From: an uncultured candidate division Zixibacteria bacterium
Lineage (GTDB): Bacteria; Zixibacteria; MSB-5A5; GN15; FEB-12
NCBI GenBank assembly: GCA_963664195.1
Contig: OY760907.1
Location: 2,592,001 to 2,656,000, forward strand
DNA length: 64,000 nt
Direction of reading: 5' to 3'
How positions within the stretch are numbered: position 1 is the first letter of the stretch; every line of letters begins with the position of its first letter. The translations under genes and the position numbers were made by a program. Positions 52,129-62,014 of the stretch are shown piece by piece. Under the pieces are notes generated by a model that did not search any database, was not told the origin of the DNA, and was given only the letters and a program-made list of their open reading frames with translations.

Positions 52129-52808
52129 ATGGATGAATGGCGCAAAAGCCTTTCTGACACAATTGGGAAGAACCAACTGGTCGAGATTGACAGAAGTCCG
52201 GTCTGCTCGGAATACGATGAAGGCTTCGTTCTGCGTGTGTCCGACAGGTTTCTACTGATGAGTGTCCTTGATCCCAATATGTATCTCAACGGCTATTCCG
52301 TAGTTCGGTTGGAAGATGTCAAACGGTATAGGGTAATGGACAACGGAGACTCTTTCGCCTCACGCGCGCTAAAACTAAGGGGCATTATGTTTGAACAGCC
52401 GTCAGGCCTGTCTCTCGATACGCTTCCAGACTTGCTTGGGAACCAACTGGCGAACGGCGAATGAGCAGTTTCCTCTCGTCCGCACGATCCACCGTGAGTC
52501 AATGGACGGCGAATGAGCAGTTTCCTCTCGTCACGATCCACCGTGAGTCAATGGACGATTCCGTTTGCTACATTGGCAAGGTCGCCAAATTCACGCCCAA
52601 GACCGTTACTCTGGACAAGATCGATCCCGCCGCCGAATGGAATGAATCCACACGTTACAATCTCAAAGACATCACTCGCGTTGACTTTGGGGGGGGATAT
52701 GAGAACGCGTTGTGGGAAGTCTCCGAGGACGAACGGAAGAAGAGAGAACAGGTCCGCAGAAGGCAAGCTGTGGGGCACAGGAGCCGACGGGGGATTGAAA
52801 ACGAGTAG
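52129..52808 (+). pseudogene. Hypothetical two-domain protein split by a short tandem duplication
   Basis: ORF 52129-52464 stops inside duplicated 52454-52505/52506-52554; the protein-like sequence resumes as TANEQFPLVTIHRE...YIG in another frame. Confidence 0.65.
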
Positions 52809-52830
52809 TCTCAGATCCGCGGCGTTCAGC

Positions 52831-53523
52831 CTACAACCGCAGGCCGACAGAAAGCGTCAGGAAATAGAGATTGCCCATGCGGGCACCGCTTACGTCAGTC
52901 AGACGTGCTTCCATGAACGGACTGACAGACTTGCCTTTCAGCGTAAGACCCGTTCCTGCTGAACCGTAGAAATCGTTTGTGGTGACTCTCGCACGCTCAC
53001 CGTACGGTGTGTCGTAGCTGCTCCACCTCGTCTGGGTGACCCCCCCGCCAAAAAGCAGGTAGAAGTTTCTTTCGGCTGTGGGGTCGATGTTGAATTTCAA
53101 ATCCATCCCGGCTGAGAGAAAAGTGAAGTTGGGACCAGAATCCAGACTTGACCCAAAGCGGTCGGCCTGAAGTCTTAGCATAAGCTCTATTTCGCCGCCG
53201 AGAGACAGACTGCGGGGGGCAAAGCCCAGTGCCAGTATGCCGCCAAAACCGGTATTGGCGCGGTCACCGAATGCCTCAACGGGGAGACGCACCCCTGCGG
53301 AGACATAAAACAGCAACCTCTTGACATGGCCGTTGGTCGATGTCAGAATGAACGGTTCTGGTTCGATAACTGCCGCCGAATCGTCTGCTGTGGATAGGGA
53401 GTCATTGACTGTGACTTCGGTTGAGTCGCCGTCCTGAGCATAGGAACTCACCGTCAGTAGGATGAACATGAGGATCGTCAGTGCTGCCGCGGCACTCCAT
53501 TGTCGCACGAGTTGGTCTCCCAT
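52831..53523 (-). CDS. Outer-membrane beta-barrel (OmpA-like 8-strand) protein
   Basis: Signal peptide; Y..FGGG, FMEAR, terminal VGLRL. Confidence 0.7.
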   Translation of the reverse strand: MGDQLVRQWSAAAALTILMFILLTVSSYAQDGDSTEVTVNDSLSTADDSAAVIEPEPFILTSTNGHVKRLLFYVSAGVRLPVEAFGDRANTGFGGILALGFAPRSLSLGGEIELMLRLQADRFGSSLDSGPNFTFLSAGMDLKFNIDPTAERNFYLLFGGGVTQTRWSSYDTPYGERARVTTNDFYGSAGTGLTLKGKSVSPFMEARLTDVSGARMGNLYFLTLSVGLRL

Positions 53524-53583
53524 CGAAACAATTCCCCCAGAGAATACGCCAAATTTCGCCAAAAGGGAAGTGTTGGGGCAAAG

Positions 53584-53610
53584 AAAAAGCCGGGAATGTT
53601 ATTCCCGGCT
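53584..53610 (-). terminator. Rho-independent terminator
   Basis: Minus strand AGCCGGGAAT-AAC-ATTCCCGGCT-TTTT after the 53636-54235 gene. Confidence 0.75.
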
Positions 53611-53635
53611 GTAAGTCCATGCGGTTCACGCAGTA

Positions 53636-54235
53636 CTAGAAGAACTTCACGCCCACTGTGATCGGGATAGATGCCTGTGAATCACCCTCGGTCGCGATAC
53701 TCAAGTACCGTCCCTGAAGGAAGAGGCTGAATCCTGGACCGCTCTTCAGTGTCACACCGCCGCCGACATTGAAGTAGAACTTCGTTTCACTGTCCGGCAT
53801 GGCGCTGGCGATGAACTCTCCGACTTCCTCCGGAACGCTGCCCTCGAAATCGCTCCAGCTCAGATGTGCCAGACCGATTCCGGCAATGAAGAACGGGACA
53901 ATCGGAGCCGCCGGCATGTCGAAACCAAGGCGTCCGTCAACACCAAACATCAGGTTTTTCTGGTCGCCGCCGGATATCCCAGGCAGATCGCCGAACTCGC
54001 TCTTGTGGGTGTTGTATTCCGCCTTGCCGATTACCTGAAGCATCGGGTTCACCTTGAAGCCGATACCGGCCATGAAGTGATACCCGGTTTTGTAATTGTC
54101 TTTCCACCCGTCAGGAGACTGCGGCAAGGTCAGGCCCAGTCCGCCGTACAGGCTGAACGGTGCGCTCGGTGTCTGGGCCGAAGCGCTCAAGGTGAGTGTA
54201 AGCAGTAGGGCAAGTGCCAGTGCTAGCTTTTTCAT
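53636..54235 (-). CDS. Outer-membrane beta-barrel (OmpA-like 8-strand) protein
   Basis: Signal peptide; PFFIAGIG, FNVGGG, FLQGRY, terminal GVKFF; GGAGG RBS. Confidence 0.78.
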   Translation of the reverse strand: MKKLALALALLLTLTLSASAQTPSAPFSLYGGLGLTLPQSPDGWKDNYKTGYHFMAGIGFKVNPMLQVIGKAEYNTHKSEFGDLPGISGGDQKNLMFGVDGRLGFDMPAAPIVPFFIAGIGLAHLSWSDFEGSVPEEVGEFIASAMPDSETKFYFNVGGGVTLKSGPGFSLFLQGRYLSIATEGDSQASIPITVGVKFF

Positions 54236-54519
54236 GGGTCCTCCGTGTATGTGCTGTCTTACGTCTTGTATTCAGTGTATCGACCAGACTAATAGCTCTT
54301 TCAATGCTTTCAGGCAAGTTGAAACGACGGCAAGCCGCCGATCCCATTGTGAGGTTTTTCAATTACTCGGACTCACTTCCTGACAAGCAGGAAGGGTGGT
54401 CGGGGATATACCCGATAACTGCCTGCGTCAAGGCGATGTGCCCGGATCGTGCGTGTCGGCTATCTGCCTGCTGCACAATATGTTTTCTGTGCGGAAGGCG
54501 CTGTACTCGAAGGTCCATT

Positions 54520-54564
54520 TTGTGAACACATTCACTTGATTTCAGGTTCTCAATCTGTTATATA
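54520..54564 (+). promoter_or_regulatory. Rex/CRP-like operator abutting a sigma-70 promoter
   Basis: TTGTGAA-CACA-TTCACTT (54520-54537), then TTGATT-17-TATATA with extended TG. Confidence 0.6.
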
Positions 54565-54616
54565 AATCTAATCGCAAATACTCTGTACAACTGTCAAATT
54601 TCTGGAGGCAAGATTA

Positions 54617-55807
54617 ATGGCTGAACGAGGTGACGCATATATAGTCTCGGCCTGTCGCACCGCTATCGGTGTGCTGCATAGTGGTCTGGGCAAGTTCACG
54701 GCTCCCCAATTGGGCGCTCTGGCAATCAAGGAAGCGGTCAAGCGCTCTGGTGTCGCACCGGCTGATATCGACGAAGTAATCATGGGTAATGTGGTGCAGG
54801 GCGGATGCGGACAGGCTCCGGCTCGTCAGGCCGCCATACACGGGGGAGTGCCGGCTGAAGTCCCGTGCATGACTATCAACAAGGTCTGTGGCTCCGGTCT
54901 CAAAGCTGTGATGCTCGCCGCACAGTCTATCCGTGCCGGTGACCAGAACGTAATCTTGGCCGGTGGCATGGAATCAATGTCCAATACTCCGTACGTCATT
55001 CGTGGTGCCAAGCAGGGAACCAAGTTCGGTCACGGCAAACTTGACGATATCATGATTTCCGACGGTCTTTGGGACAGCTTCAACAACGTCCACATGGGCA
55101 ACTGCGCGGAATACACGTGCAAAAAAGCCGATATCACTCGCGAGCAGCAGGACGAGTTTGCATACAACTCGCACATGAAGGCGATTGCGGCGATCAAGGC
55201 TGGAAAATTCGACAATGAAATCTTCCCCGTCGAAATTCCGCAGCGCAAGGGTGATCCGATCATCTTCAAGATAGATGAAAACCCGCGTGAGAACATCTCA
55301 ATTGAGAAGCTCGCCAAGCTGCGTCCGGCGTTTGACAAAGCAGGTTCGGTCACGGCCGGCAACGCTCCGGGTCTGAACGATGGCTCCTCGGCAGCAATGA
55401 TTGTCTCCGAGGCCTACATGAAAGAAAAGCGTCTGACTCCGCTGGCGAAGATTATCGACTACGCCGCCGCCGGTGCCGATCCGATGGATGTTTTCTTCAC
55501 GCCGATTTATGCTATCGAGAAGCTAATGAAGAAGATGAACGTTGATATCAATCACTGGGATCTGATTGAAGCTAACGAGGCCTTCTCCGCTCAGGCGCTT
55601 GCGGACGGCAAAGGTCTTGGCTGGGATTGGGACCGTGTGAACGTCAACGGCGGTGCGGTTGCCCTCGGTCATCCGATCGGTGCCTCCGGTACCCGCATCC
55701 TGACCACTCTGATCTACGCCCTGAAGGATCGGAATCTGAAGACCGGTTTGGCCACGCTGTGTCTTGGTGGCGGTAACGCTGTAGCGATGGCTATCGAACT
55801 GGCATAA
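54617..55807 (+). CDS. Acetyl-CoA C-acetyltransferase (bacterial biosynthetic thiolase)
   Basis: NKVCGSG, GGMESMS, NEAF, GHPIGASG, CLGGG motifs. Confidence 0.95.
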   Translation: MAERGDAYIVSACRTAIGVLHSGLGKFTAPQLGALAIKEAVKRSGVAPADIDEVIMGNVVQGGCGQAPARQAAIHGGVPAEVPCMTINKVCGSGLKAVMLAAQSIRAGDQNVILAGGMESMSNTPYVIRGAKQGTKFGHGKLDDIMISDGLWDSFNNVHMGNCAEYTCKKADITREQQDEFAYNSHMKAIAAIKAGKFDNEIFPVEIPQRKGDPIIFKIDENPRENISIEKLAKLRPAFDKAGSVTAGNAPGLNDGSSAAMIVSEAYMKEKRLTPLAKIIDYAAAGADPMDVFFTPIYAIEKLMKKMNVDINHWDLIEANEAFSAQALADGKGLGWDWDRVNVNGGAVALGHPIGASGTRILTTLIYALKDRNLKTGLATLCLGGGNAVAMAIELA

Positions 55808-55831
55808 CTGTTTCGCAGGAGATTTACGAAT

Positions 55832-56692
55832 ATGAAATTAGACGATATCAAAAAAGTATCAGTAATCGGCTGCGGCACGATGGGCAACGGTATCGCCCAG
55901 GTGTTCGCCACAAAGGGGTTCGACGTCACTTTGATTGACCTCGATCAGTCTTTCCTTGACCGCGCCATCAAGGGTATCACCAAATCCCTCGATCGCATGC
56001 TCAAGAAAGAGAAGATCACCGAGGATGACAAAAAGGCCGCTCTGGGTCACATCAAGACCTCGACGAGTCTCAAAGACGCCGGTGACTCCCAATTGGTCAT
56101 CGAGGCCGTCACGGAAAATCTCGACGTCAAGCTGAAGATTTTCGAGCAGCTCAAAGAGATCAGCAGTGATGACGCGATTCTGGCGTCGAACACTTCTTCG
56201 CTGCCGATCACGCAGTTGGCCACCGCTACCGGCAAGGCTGACAAGTTCATCGGTATGCACTTCATGAACCCGGTCCCGATGATGAAGCTGATCGAACTCA
56301 TCCGTGGCATGGCCACTTCCGACGAGACTTTTGAACTCATTACTGAACTGTCCAAGAAGCTGGGCAAAACGCCGGTCGAGGTCAACGACTTCCCGGGTTT
56401 CATTGCCAACCGCATTTTGATGCCGATGATCAACGAAGCTATCTACGCGCACATGGAAGGTGTCGGCACCTGCGAGGCGATTGACGAAGTCATGAAGCTT
56501 GGTATGGGCCACCCCATGGGGCCGTTTGTCCTGGCCGACTTCATCGGTTTGGATGTCTGCCTTGCGATTCTCGAAGTCATGCACGACGGTCTCGGCGATC
56601 CCAAGTACCGCCCGTGCCCGCTGCTGAAGAAGATGGTGCAGGCCGGTTACCTCGGTCGCAAATCCGGTAGAGGATTCTACGTTTACGACTAG
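55832..56692 (+). CDS. hbd: 3-hydroxybutyryl-CoA dehydrogenase
   Basis: [47 protein letters not shown] motifs. Confidence 0.93.
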   Translation: MKLDDIKKVSVIGCGTMGNGIAQVFATKGFDVTLIDLDQSFLDRAIKGITKSLDRMLKKEKITEDDKKAALGHIKTSTSLKDAGDSQLVIEAVTENLDVKLKIFEQLKEISSDDAILASNTSSLPITQLATATGKADKFIGMHFMNPVPMMKLIELIRGMATSDETFELITELSKKLGKTPVEVNDFPGFIANRILMPMINEAIYAHMEGVGTCEAIDEVMKLGMGHPMGPFVLADFIGLDVCLAILEVMHDGLGDPKYRPCPLLKKMVQAGYLGRKSGRGFYVYD

Positions 56693-56712
56693 ATATGATT
56701 AAGGAGCATTAG

Positions 56713-57855
56713 ATGGATTTCAATCTGTCTGAAGAGGACCTTGAGCTGAAAGAGATGGCGCGTGAACTCGCTGAAAAGCGGATCATCCCGCGCGCGCTCG
56801 AAATGGATGAGAAGGGCGAGACGCCTCAGGATTTGATCGATGAGTGCGCCGAACTCGGATATTTCGGATTCACCGTTCCGGAGGAGTACGGCGGCCTTGG
56901 TATGGGCGCAACCACATTCATGGGCGTTCTCGAAGAGTTGTGCGGGGCGTGTGCCGGTTTCGGCATCATGCTCTCCGTACATAACTCGCTGACTTGCGAG
57001 ATTCTCAAACAGTTCGCCTCGGACGAACTGAAAAAGAAGTACCTTCCGGCCATGGCTGCGGGCGAGAAGATCGGTGCCTATTGTATCACCGAGCCGAACG
57101 CCGGGACCGACATAGCCGCGCTGTCGACCACAGCCGTGGACAAAGGGGATCACTACCTGCTCAACGGCACGAAAACTTTCGTGACCAACGGCGGGTTCGC
57201 AGGCGTGTATATCGTTTTCGCCAAGACGCAACCGGAGGAAGGCCGTAAAGGCATTTCAACGTTTGTGGTCGATCGCGACAGCGAGGGCCTCACGGTTGGT
57301 AAGCCGGAAGCCAAGTGCGGTATCAAAGCCTCCGACACCCGCGAGATCAGTCTCTCGGATGTCAAGGTGCCGAAGGAAAACCTGATCGGCAAGGAACGCG
57401 ACGGCTTTAAGCAGTGCGTTGTGATTCTAAACTCCGGTCGTATCGGCGTTTCCTTCCAGGCGATTGGTATTGCCCAGGCGGCTCTGAACGAAGCGATCAA
57501 GTACTCCAAGGAACGCGTCCAGTTCAATCAGCCGATTGCCAATTTCCAGGCGATTCAGTTCAAGATCGCCGAAATGGCGACCCGTATCGATGCCAGCCGT
57601 TTGATGGCGTATCGAGCGGCGATGATGAAAGACGCCGGGATACCGTGTCATCGCGAATCCTCGATGTCCAAGCTGTTCTGTACTCAGAGCGCCAATTACG
57701 TGTGTAACGAGGCGGTCCAGATTCACGGCGGCTACGGGTACATCAAGGAGTACGCGGTGGAACGGTATTTCCGCGACGCCCGCGTTACGGAACTGTACGA
57801 AGGTACATCGGAAGCGCAGAAGATGGTTATCTCACGCGATTTACTGAAGGACTAA
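56713..57855 (+). CDS. Acyl-CoA dehydrogenase (short-chain type)
   Basis: TEPNAGTD, NGTK.FVTNG, R.QF.QPI..FQ, QIHGGYGY, YEGTSE motifs. Confidence 0.93.
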   Translation: MDFNLSEEDLELKEMARELAEKRIIPRALEMDEKGETPQDLIDECAELGYFGFTVPEEYGGLGMGATTFMGVLEELCGACAGFGIMLSVHNSLTCEILKQFASDELKKKYLPAMAAGEKIGAYCITEPNAGTDIAALSTTAVDKGDHYLLNGTKTFVTNGGFAGVYIVFAKTQPEEGRKGISTFVVDRDSEGLTVGKPEAKCGIKASDTREISLSDVKVPKENLIGKERDGFKQCVVILNSGRIGVSFQAIGIAQAALNEAIKYSKERVQFNQPIANFQAIQFKIAEMATRIDASRLMAYRAAMMKDAGIPCHRESSMSKLFCTQSANYVCNEAVQIHGGYGYIKEYAVERYFRDARVTELYEGTSEAQKMVISRDLLKD

Positions 57856-57858
57856 CTC

Positions 57859-59004
57859 GTGCTGGAACAGAAACACCACGAATACCGCGAAAAGATACGG
57901 GCGTTTATGCTCGAGAAGATCGAACCGCTTGCGGCGACGATTGATCTCGAACAGCGTTTCCCCGAGGAACACATGAAGCCGTTGACGGAGATGGGATTGC
58001 TTTCCGCACTCATCCCCGAAGAGTACGGCGGTCAGCCGGTCGACACGGTGAGTTACATCATCGGCGTCGAGGAGGCCTCCCGTGTGTGCGGTTCCACCGG
58101 CATTACGCTGGCGGCGCACAACTCCCTCGGCACGTTCCCCGTATTGGCTTTCGGTACCGAAGAACAACGCCGGAAGTATCTCCCACGCGCTGCGGAGGGG
58201 GGACTGATGGCATTTGGTCTCACCGAACCTGACGCCGGTTCCGATGCTGGCGGCACGCGCACGATGGCGCTGAAGAACGGGGAAGACTGGGTAATCAACG
58301 GCAGCAAATGCTGGATCACCTCGGCCACCCGGGCTTTCTGCACGATCGCGAGCGCGCGCACGTCCGAAGATCCCAAGAACAAGGAAATCACCTGTTTCCT
58401 TCTTGAGAAGGATATGGAGGGTTATGCTGTTGGGAAGAAGGAAAACAAGCTCGGTCTCCGTGGTTCTGACACCGCTTTCCTTCATTTCGATGACCTGAAA
58501 GTCGATGACAACGCACGGCTGGGTGAAATCGGCGACGGTTTCAAACAGATGCTGATTACGCTCGACGGCGGTCGTATCAGTATCGGCGCAATGGCGCTCG
58601 GTCTGGGGCAGGGGGCGCTTGACTGCGCTCTGAAGTATGCGACCGACCGCGTGCAGTTCGGCAAACCGATCTCGTACAACCAGGGCATCCAGCACCGTCT
58701 GGCCGACATGGCCACGGAGCTTGAGGCGGCCCGACTGTTGATCTACGAAGCGGCTTTGCTGAAGGACGCCAAGAAACCGTTCAGCCGCCAGTCTGCGATG
58801 TGTAAACTGTTTGCGTCGGAGGTGGCTACACGCGCGGCAGCTTCGGCAATTACGGTGCTCGGCGCGGTTGGATATTTGACGGGCCCGCACCCGGTGGAAC
58901 GCATTTGGCGCGACGTCAAACTGTGTGAAATCGGCGAAGGTACTTCAGAGATTCAGCGCATGGTCATCGCGAGGGATTTATTGAAATCCATCAAGAACGT
59001 TTGA
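57859..59004 (+). CDS. Acyl-CoA dehydrogenase
   Basis: LTEPDAGSD, NGSK.WIT, LDGGRI, R.QFGKPI, IGEGTSE motifs. Confidence 0.92.
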   Translation: MLEQKHHEYREKIRAFMLEKIEPLAATIDLEQRFPEEHMKPLTEMGLLSALIPEEYGGQPVDTVSYIIGVEEASRVCGSTGITLAAHNSLGTFPVLAFGTEEQRRKYLPRAAEGGLMAFGLTEPDAGSDAGGTRTMALKNGEDWVINGSKCWITSATRAFCTIASARTSEDPKNKEITCFLLEKDMEGYAVGKKENKLGLRGSDTAFLHFDDLKVDDNARLGEIGDGFKQMLITLDGGRISIGAMALGLGQGALDCALKYATDRVQFGKPISYNQGIQHRLADMATELEAARLLIYEAALLKDAKKPFSRQSAMCKLFASEVATRAAASAITVLGAVGYLTGPHPVERIWRDVKLCEIGEGTSEIQRMVIARDLLKSIKNV

Positions 59005-59034
59005 CGTAACGGTCGGACAGTTCTTGTGGGTCTT

Positions 59035-59395
59035 GTAGGTCGAAACCCCTGCGGTTTCGACAGTAGGTCGTGGTTCCGAGTTCCGCATATCATGCGGAGC
59101 GAGAAACCCGACATCTGAATTGACATTCCAACGCCCGCGGGCATCACAACCCGCGGGCGTTTTTTGTCAGCGTGCTTGCGGTCTGGGTGGCCCCTTCAAA
59201 CTTGTTTGGAGGGGATTCAAGTCCGGCCCAAACAAGTTTGAGCCGGCCACCCGACGAAGTGTGCACCCTATAGGAATAAGTCATGCACCCAGACGAGTCT
59301 GTGAGCCTGTCGAAGCGTGGACCTTTTTCTCTCGCCCCCCCTTGACAACCCAATCCTACCCACTACGTGCTGTCAGACGACCCCGTCTGACAGCA
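59035..59395. repeat. REP mosaic around a terminator
   Basis: GTAG REPs at 59035 and 59063; terminator 59130-59165; family C 59185-59252; family A with 15 bp insert 59278-59325. Confidence 0.8.
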
Positions 59396-59413
59396 ACTAA
59401 CGTCTGTACCGCC

Positions 59414-59442
59414 TTGACATCCCAACCCGAATAGTGTATCTT
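59414..59442 (+). promoter_or_regulatory. Sigma-70 promoter
   Basis: TTGACA-17 bp-TATCTT upstream of 59531. Confidence 0.65.
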
Positions 59443-59530
59443 TATTGCAATCTTAGAGCATCACGCTCGACGCGAACGCGAGAGAAGGCTACGCAAAACA
59501 CACTCCTCTGGGGTGGAAGGGATGGGGAAT

Positions 59531-61312
59531 ATGTCCGACGACAAACTGCAAATCGGGATCTACAGGATTGACACAGATCTCGAATGCTTCGCTAACAGCA
59601 AGTCCCCCATTGCAGACCTATGCGGATCAGTTATTGATGAGGATAGCCGGTTCGTTCCGCAGAAGACAAAGACGCGTATCGCCCCCGGCTACAAAGTGGC
59701 TTTGCTCTATAAGCTGTCCCAGCAGACGCCCAGGTGGAAGTCCTTCCTGAGCAATGTGGTGCTTGGGGGACAAGATGTACTTGGCGAGGGACTGAGCAAG
59801 ACCGAAAGCTTTGTCCTCTTGCTCGCGCGCCTTGATTCGGGGAATCTGTACGCTGTGACGGGCGGCGTCGGGTATTTCGCAATACAAAATGTTATCGACG
59901 ACGATTTCGGTATGGACATAATCTCTCGCCTGATTAGGAAGGAAGAAAAGATACTGAAGGCGATAAAGGAGAAAAGTGTTATGGGAGGAGTGCTAGGAAC
60001 TACCAAGCACTTCCGCAAGTCGTACAATCTCTACGAGAATGACAGTTTTGGAAAGATCTACCAGGAACTGTGCGCCCGTCTGGATACAGACATCTTGGTA
60101 GATCGTTTTGGTTTCTCCGCGGTCGACATCAAAAGGAATGCGGCATGTGTGGCGAGATCTTCATTTCGGATCAATAGGGCGATTTCACTGGACGAACTCC
60201 TCAGAGTTATCGATGGCTGTGAGGAAGTAATGAGATCGCTTCCGCCAATATCAATCAATAACGTGGATAAGATCGTTAAGAAAAAGTACTCGAGTCTAAT
60301 AGAACAGTTGACAGATCACCTGTATGAGCAGTTGTGGGACAGGTACACAATGGATGCCGATAGCGTTGATTTTGACCTGTGCCACAAGGAGTTTGAACAA
60401 TACCTGACAGCCTCTCACTATGTGCTCAAGAAGAATCAGTCTGCAAAGAACTACTTCGGTGAATATGAGTTCGCCAGGTTGGAGGATATCGACACTCTAT
60501 TCGACAAGCTAAGAACTCAGAGTGAATCTCCTACGAGTCTTCCGGATTTTCGCAAGTTGATTGAATCTCTCAATATCGTCTCGTTTGACGAGGAGGGGGG
60601 CGAACGAACAAAGGGCAAGCTGTGTAATCATGTGTTTGGGGATATCTCCCTTGAAGACACCAAGTACTTTCTGATTGACAACAATTGGTATAGGATTAAG
60701 CAAGGATTCATGAGAGAGTTAGATCAGAGCTGCGAAGCCTTCATCAAAGAGAATACCCTGGATATTCTGGACAAGAGATGGCTCCGAGAGTCAATGACTG
60801 AGAATGACTATAATCGGCTCTACATCGGTGAAGGCAATACTGTTGTCCTGGATAGGATCACACCCAGCTACATTGAGCCATGTGACGTACTACAGTGGAA
60901 GTCGAATGATCTGTATCTGATTCATGTGAAGGACGGTTTCTGCAATACCATGAGAGATCTTTGCTCACAAATCTTCATCGCGGCCAATCGAATCAAGAAC
61001 GATGCCAATTCCTCTTACGAATACATTCAATCCATATGGGACGACCTGAGGCGCAAGAGAGAGAGTAATGATGAGTATTTTGCGGCTGTAGGGCGTCAGA
61101 CAGACTCAATATCAAGGGCCGACTTCGTCGACCTATTCAGGAGCAAGAAACTGATCTTCGTTCTGGCGGTCAGGGATAAGACGGATACCAATCGCTCGAT
61201 TCAGAGGATGGCGGATTACAGGTCCACAATTGCGAAATTTTCTCTTCAGGAACTGGTGAAAAGCATGAAGGCCATCGAAGCGAGTCTTCGTATAATGCAG
61301 ATTCGAGAGTAA
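59531..61312 (+). CDS. TIGR04141/DUF6119-like sporadically distributed protein with probable C-terminal PD-(D/E)XK nuclease
   Basis: P.WKSFL, YAVT.G.G, DFG, YFLIDNNWY, E.DYN, LD, IEPCD....LIHVK, L.SQ motifs; visibly more AT-rich than the flanks. Confidence 0.72.
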   Translation: MSDDKLQIGIYRIDTDLECFANSKSPIADLCGSVIDEDSRFVPQKTKTRIAPGYKVALLYKLSQQTPRWKSFLSNVVLGGQDVLGEGLSKTESFVLLLARLDSGNLYAVTGGVGYFAIQNVIDDDFGMDIISRLIRKEEKILKAIKEKSVMGGVLGTTKHFRKSYNLYENDSFGKIYQELCARLDTDILVDRFGFSAVDIKRNAACVARSSFRINRAISLDELLRVIDGCEEVMRSLPPISINNVDKIVKKKYSSLIEQLTDHLYEQLWDRYTMDADSVDFDLCHKEFEQYLTASHYVLKKNQSAKNYFGEYEFARLEDIDTLFDKLRTQSESPTSLPDFRKLIESLNIVSFDEEGGERTKGKLCNHVFGDISLEDTKYFLIDNNWYRIKQGFMRELDQSCEAFIKENTLDILDKRWLRESMTENDYNRLYIGEGNTVVLDRITPSYIEPCDVLQWKSNDLYLIHVKDGFCNTMRDLCSQIFIAANRIKNDANSSYEYIQSIWDDLRRKRESNDEYFAAVGRQTDSISRADFVDLFRSKKLIFVLAVRDKTDTNRSIQRMADYRSTIAKFSLQELVKSMKAIEASLRIMQIRE

Positions 61313-61415
61313 TCTGCCCTGCTGACGCAAACCCGGTTCAAGCTTGCTTGGGCCGGGCCTGATCCCCATCATGGGGCACCGAGAATTATGAAGCTTGCGC
61401 TGTAGGAAACTGAAT

Positions 61416-61775
61416 ATGCGATCATCTATGCGACTACTATCTGTGCTGTGTTTGCTGGCGATGCTCCTAGGGGGCTGCCTCTGGATCGGTGGCGAACGTT
61501 TCCCCGACGAAGTGAAGCCCCAGTCCACAGAGGGCTTGACGAGTGAAGAACTCCGATTGAAGGCGATCGCGCTGGCCGACAGTCTCATTGTGGCCGGTGG
61601 GTACTACGACCTGAGTGAGCATCGAAAGGAGATCGTCGAGGACAGCGTTTCCATCGTAGTCGAATATGTTCCAGTTCGCGAGGAGAGAGAAGGTTTTGTG
61701 ACTACCGGCGGCGGGTGCATGTATCGAATATCGAAGAAAGACCTGACGATAATCGAATCCTGGCGCTACCAGTGA
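61416..61775 (+). CDS. Small hypothetical lipoprotein
   Basis: Lipobox LLGGC; C-terminal GGG...ISK motif. Confidence 0.65.
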   Translation: MRSSMRLLSVLCLLAMLLGGCLWIGGERFPDEVKPQSTEGLTSEELRLKAIALADSLIVAGGYYDLSEHRKEIVEDSVSIVVEYVPVREEREGFVTTGGGCMYRISKKDLTIIESWRYQ

Positions 61776-61777
61776 GC

Positions 61778-62005
61778 GGTGCAGACTCATGTCTGCCGCC
61801 CACGGAGATTCGCCGTTCTTTCGAATGCAGGTAGGTCAAGCGGCCTGTCCGCTTGACGCCCTTCGACAGTCCAGCGTCCTTTGTGAAGTGTCAAGCCGGC
61901 AGGCGGCTTGACCTACGTTAGCATGTTCGCCTCAGCATTCACGATCAATACGAATCCGCTGCGCACACTTCGACAGGCTCACAGACTCGTCTGTCAGGGT
62001 GACGG
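61778..62005. repeat. REP mosaic
   Basis: Family B-like 61778-61803; inverted GTAG pair 61831-61916; reverse family A with 15 bp insert 61963-62005. Confidence 0.78.
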
Positions 62006-62014
62006 ATTCGGGCC

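Noticed and set aside
59075..59103. CCGCATATCATGCGG hairpin inside a GTAG REP as a ninth micro-insert
   Set aside because: It lacks the AAC leader and AC..GT core, and no empty sister copy is present to define boundaries.
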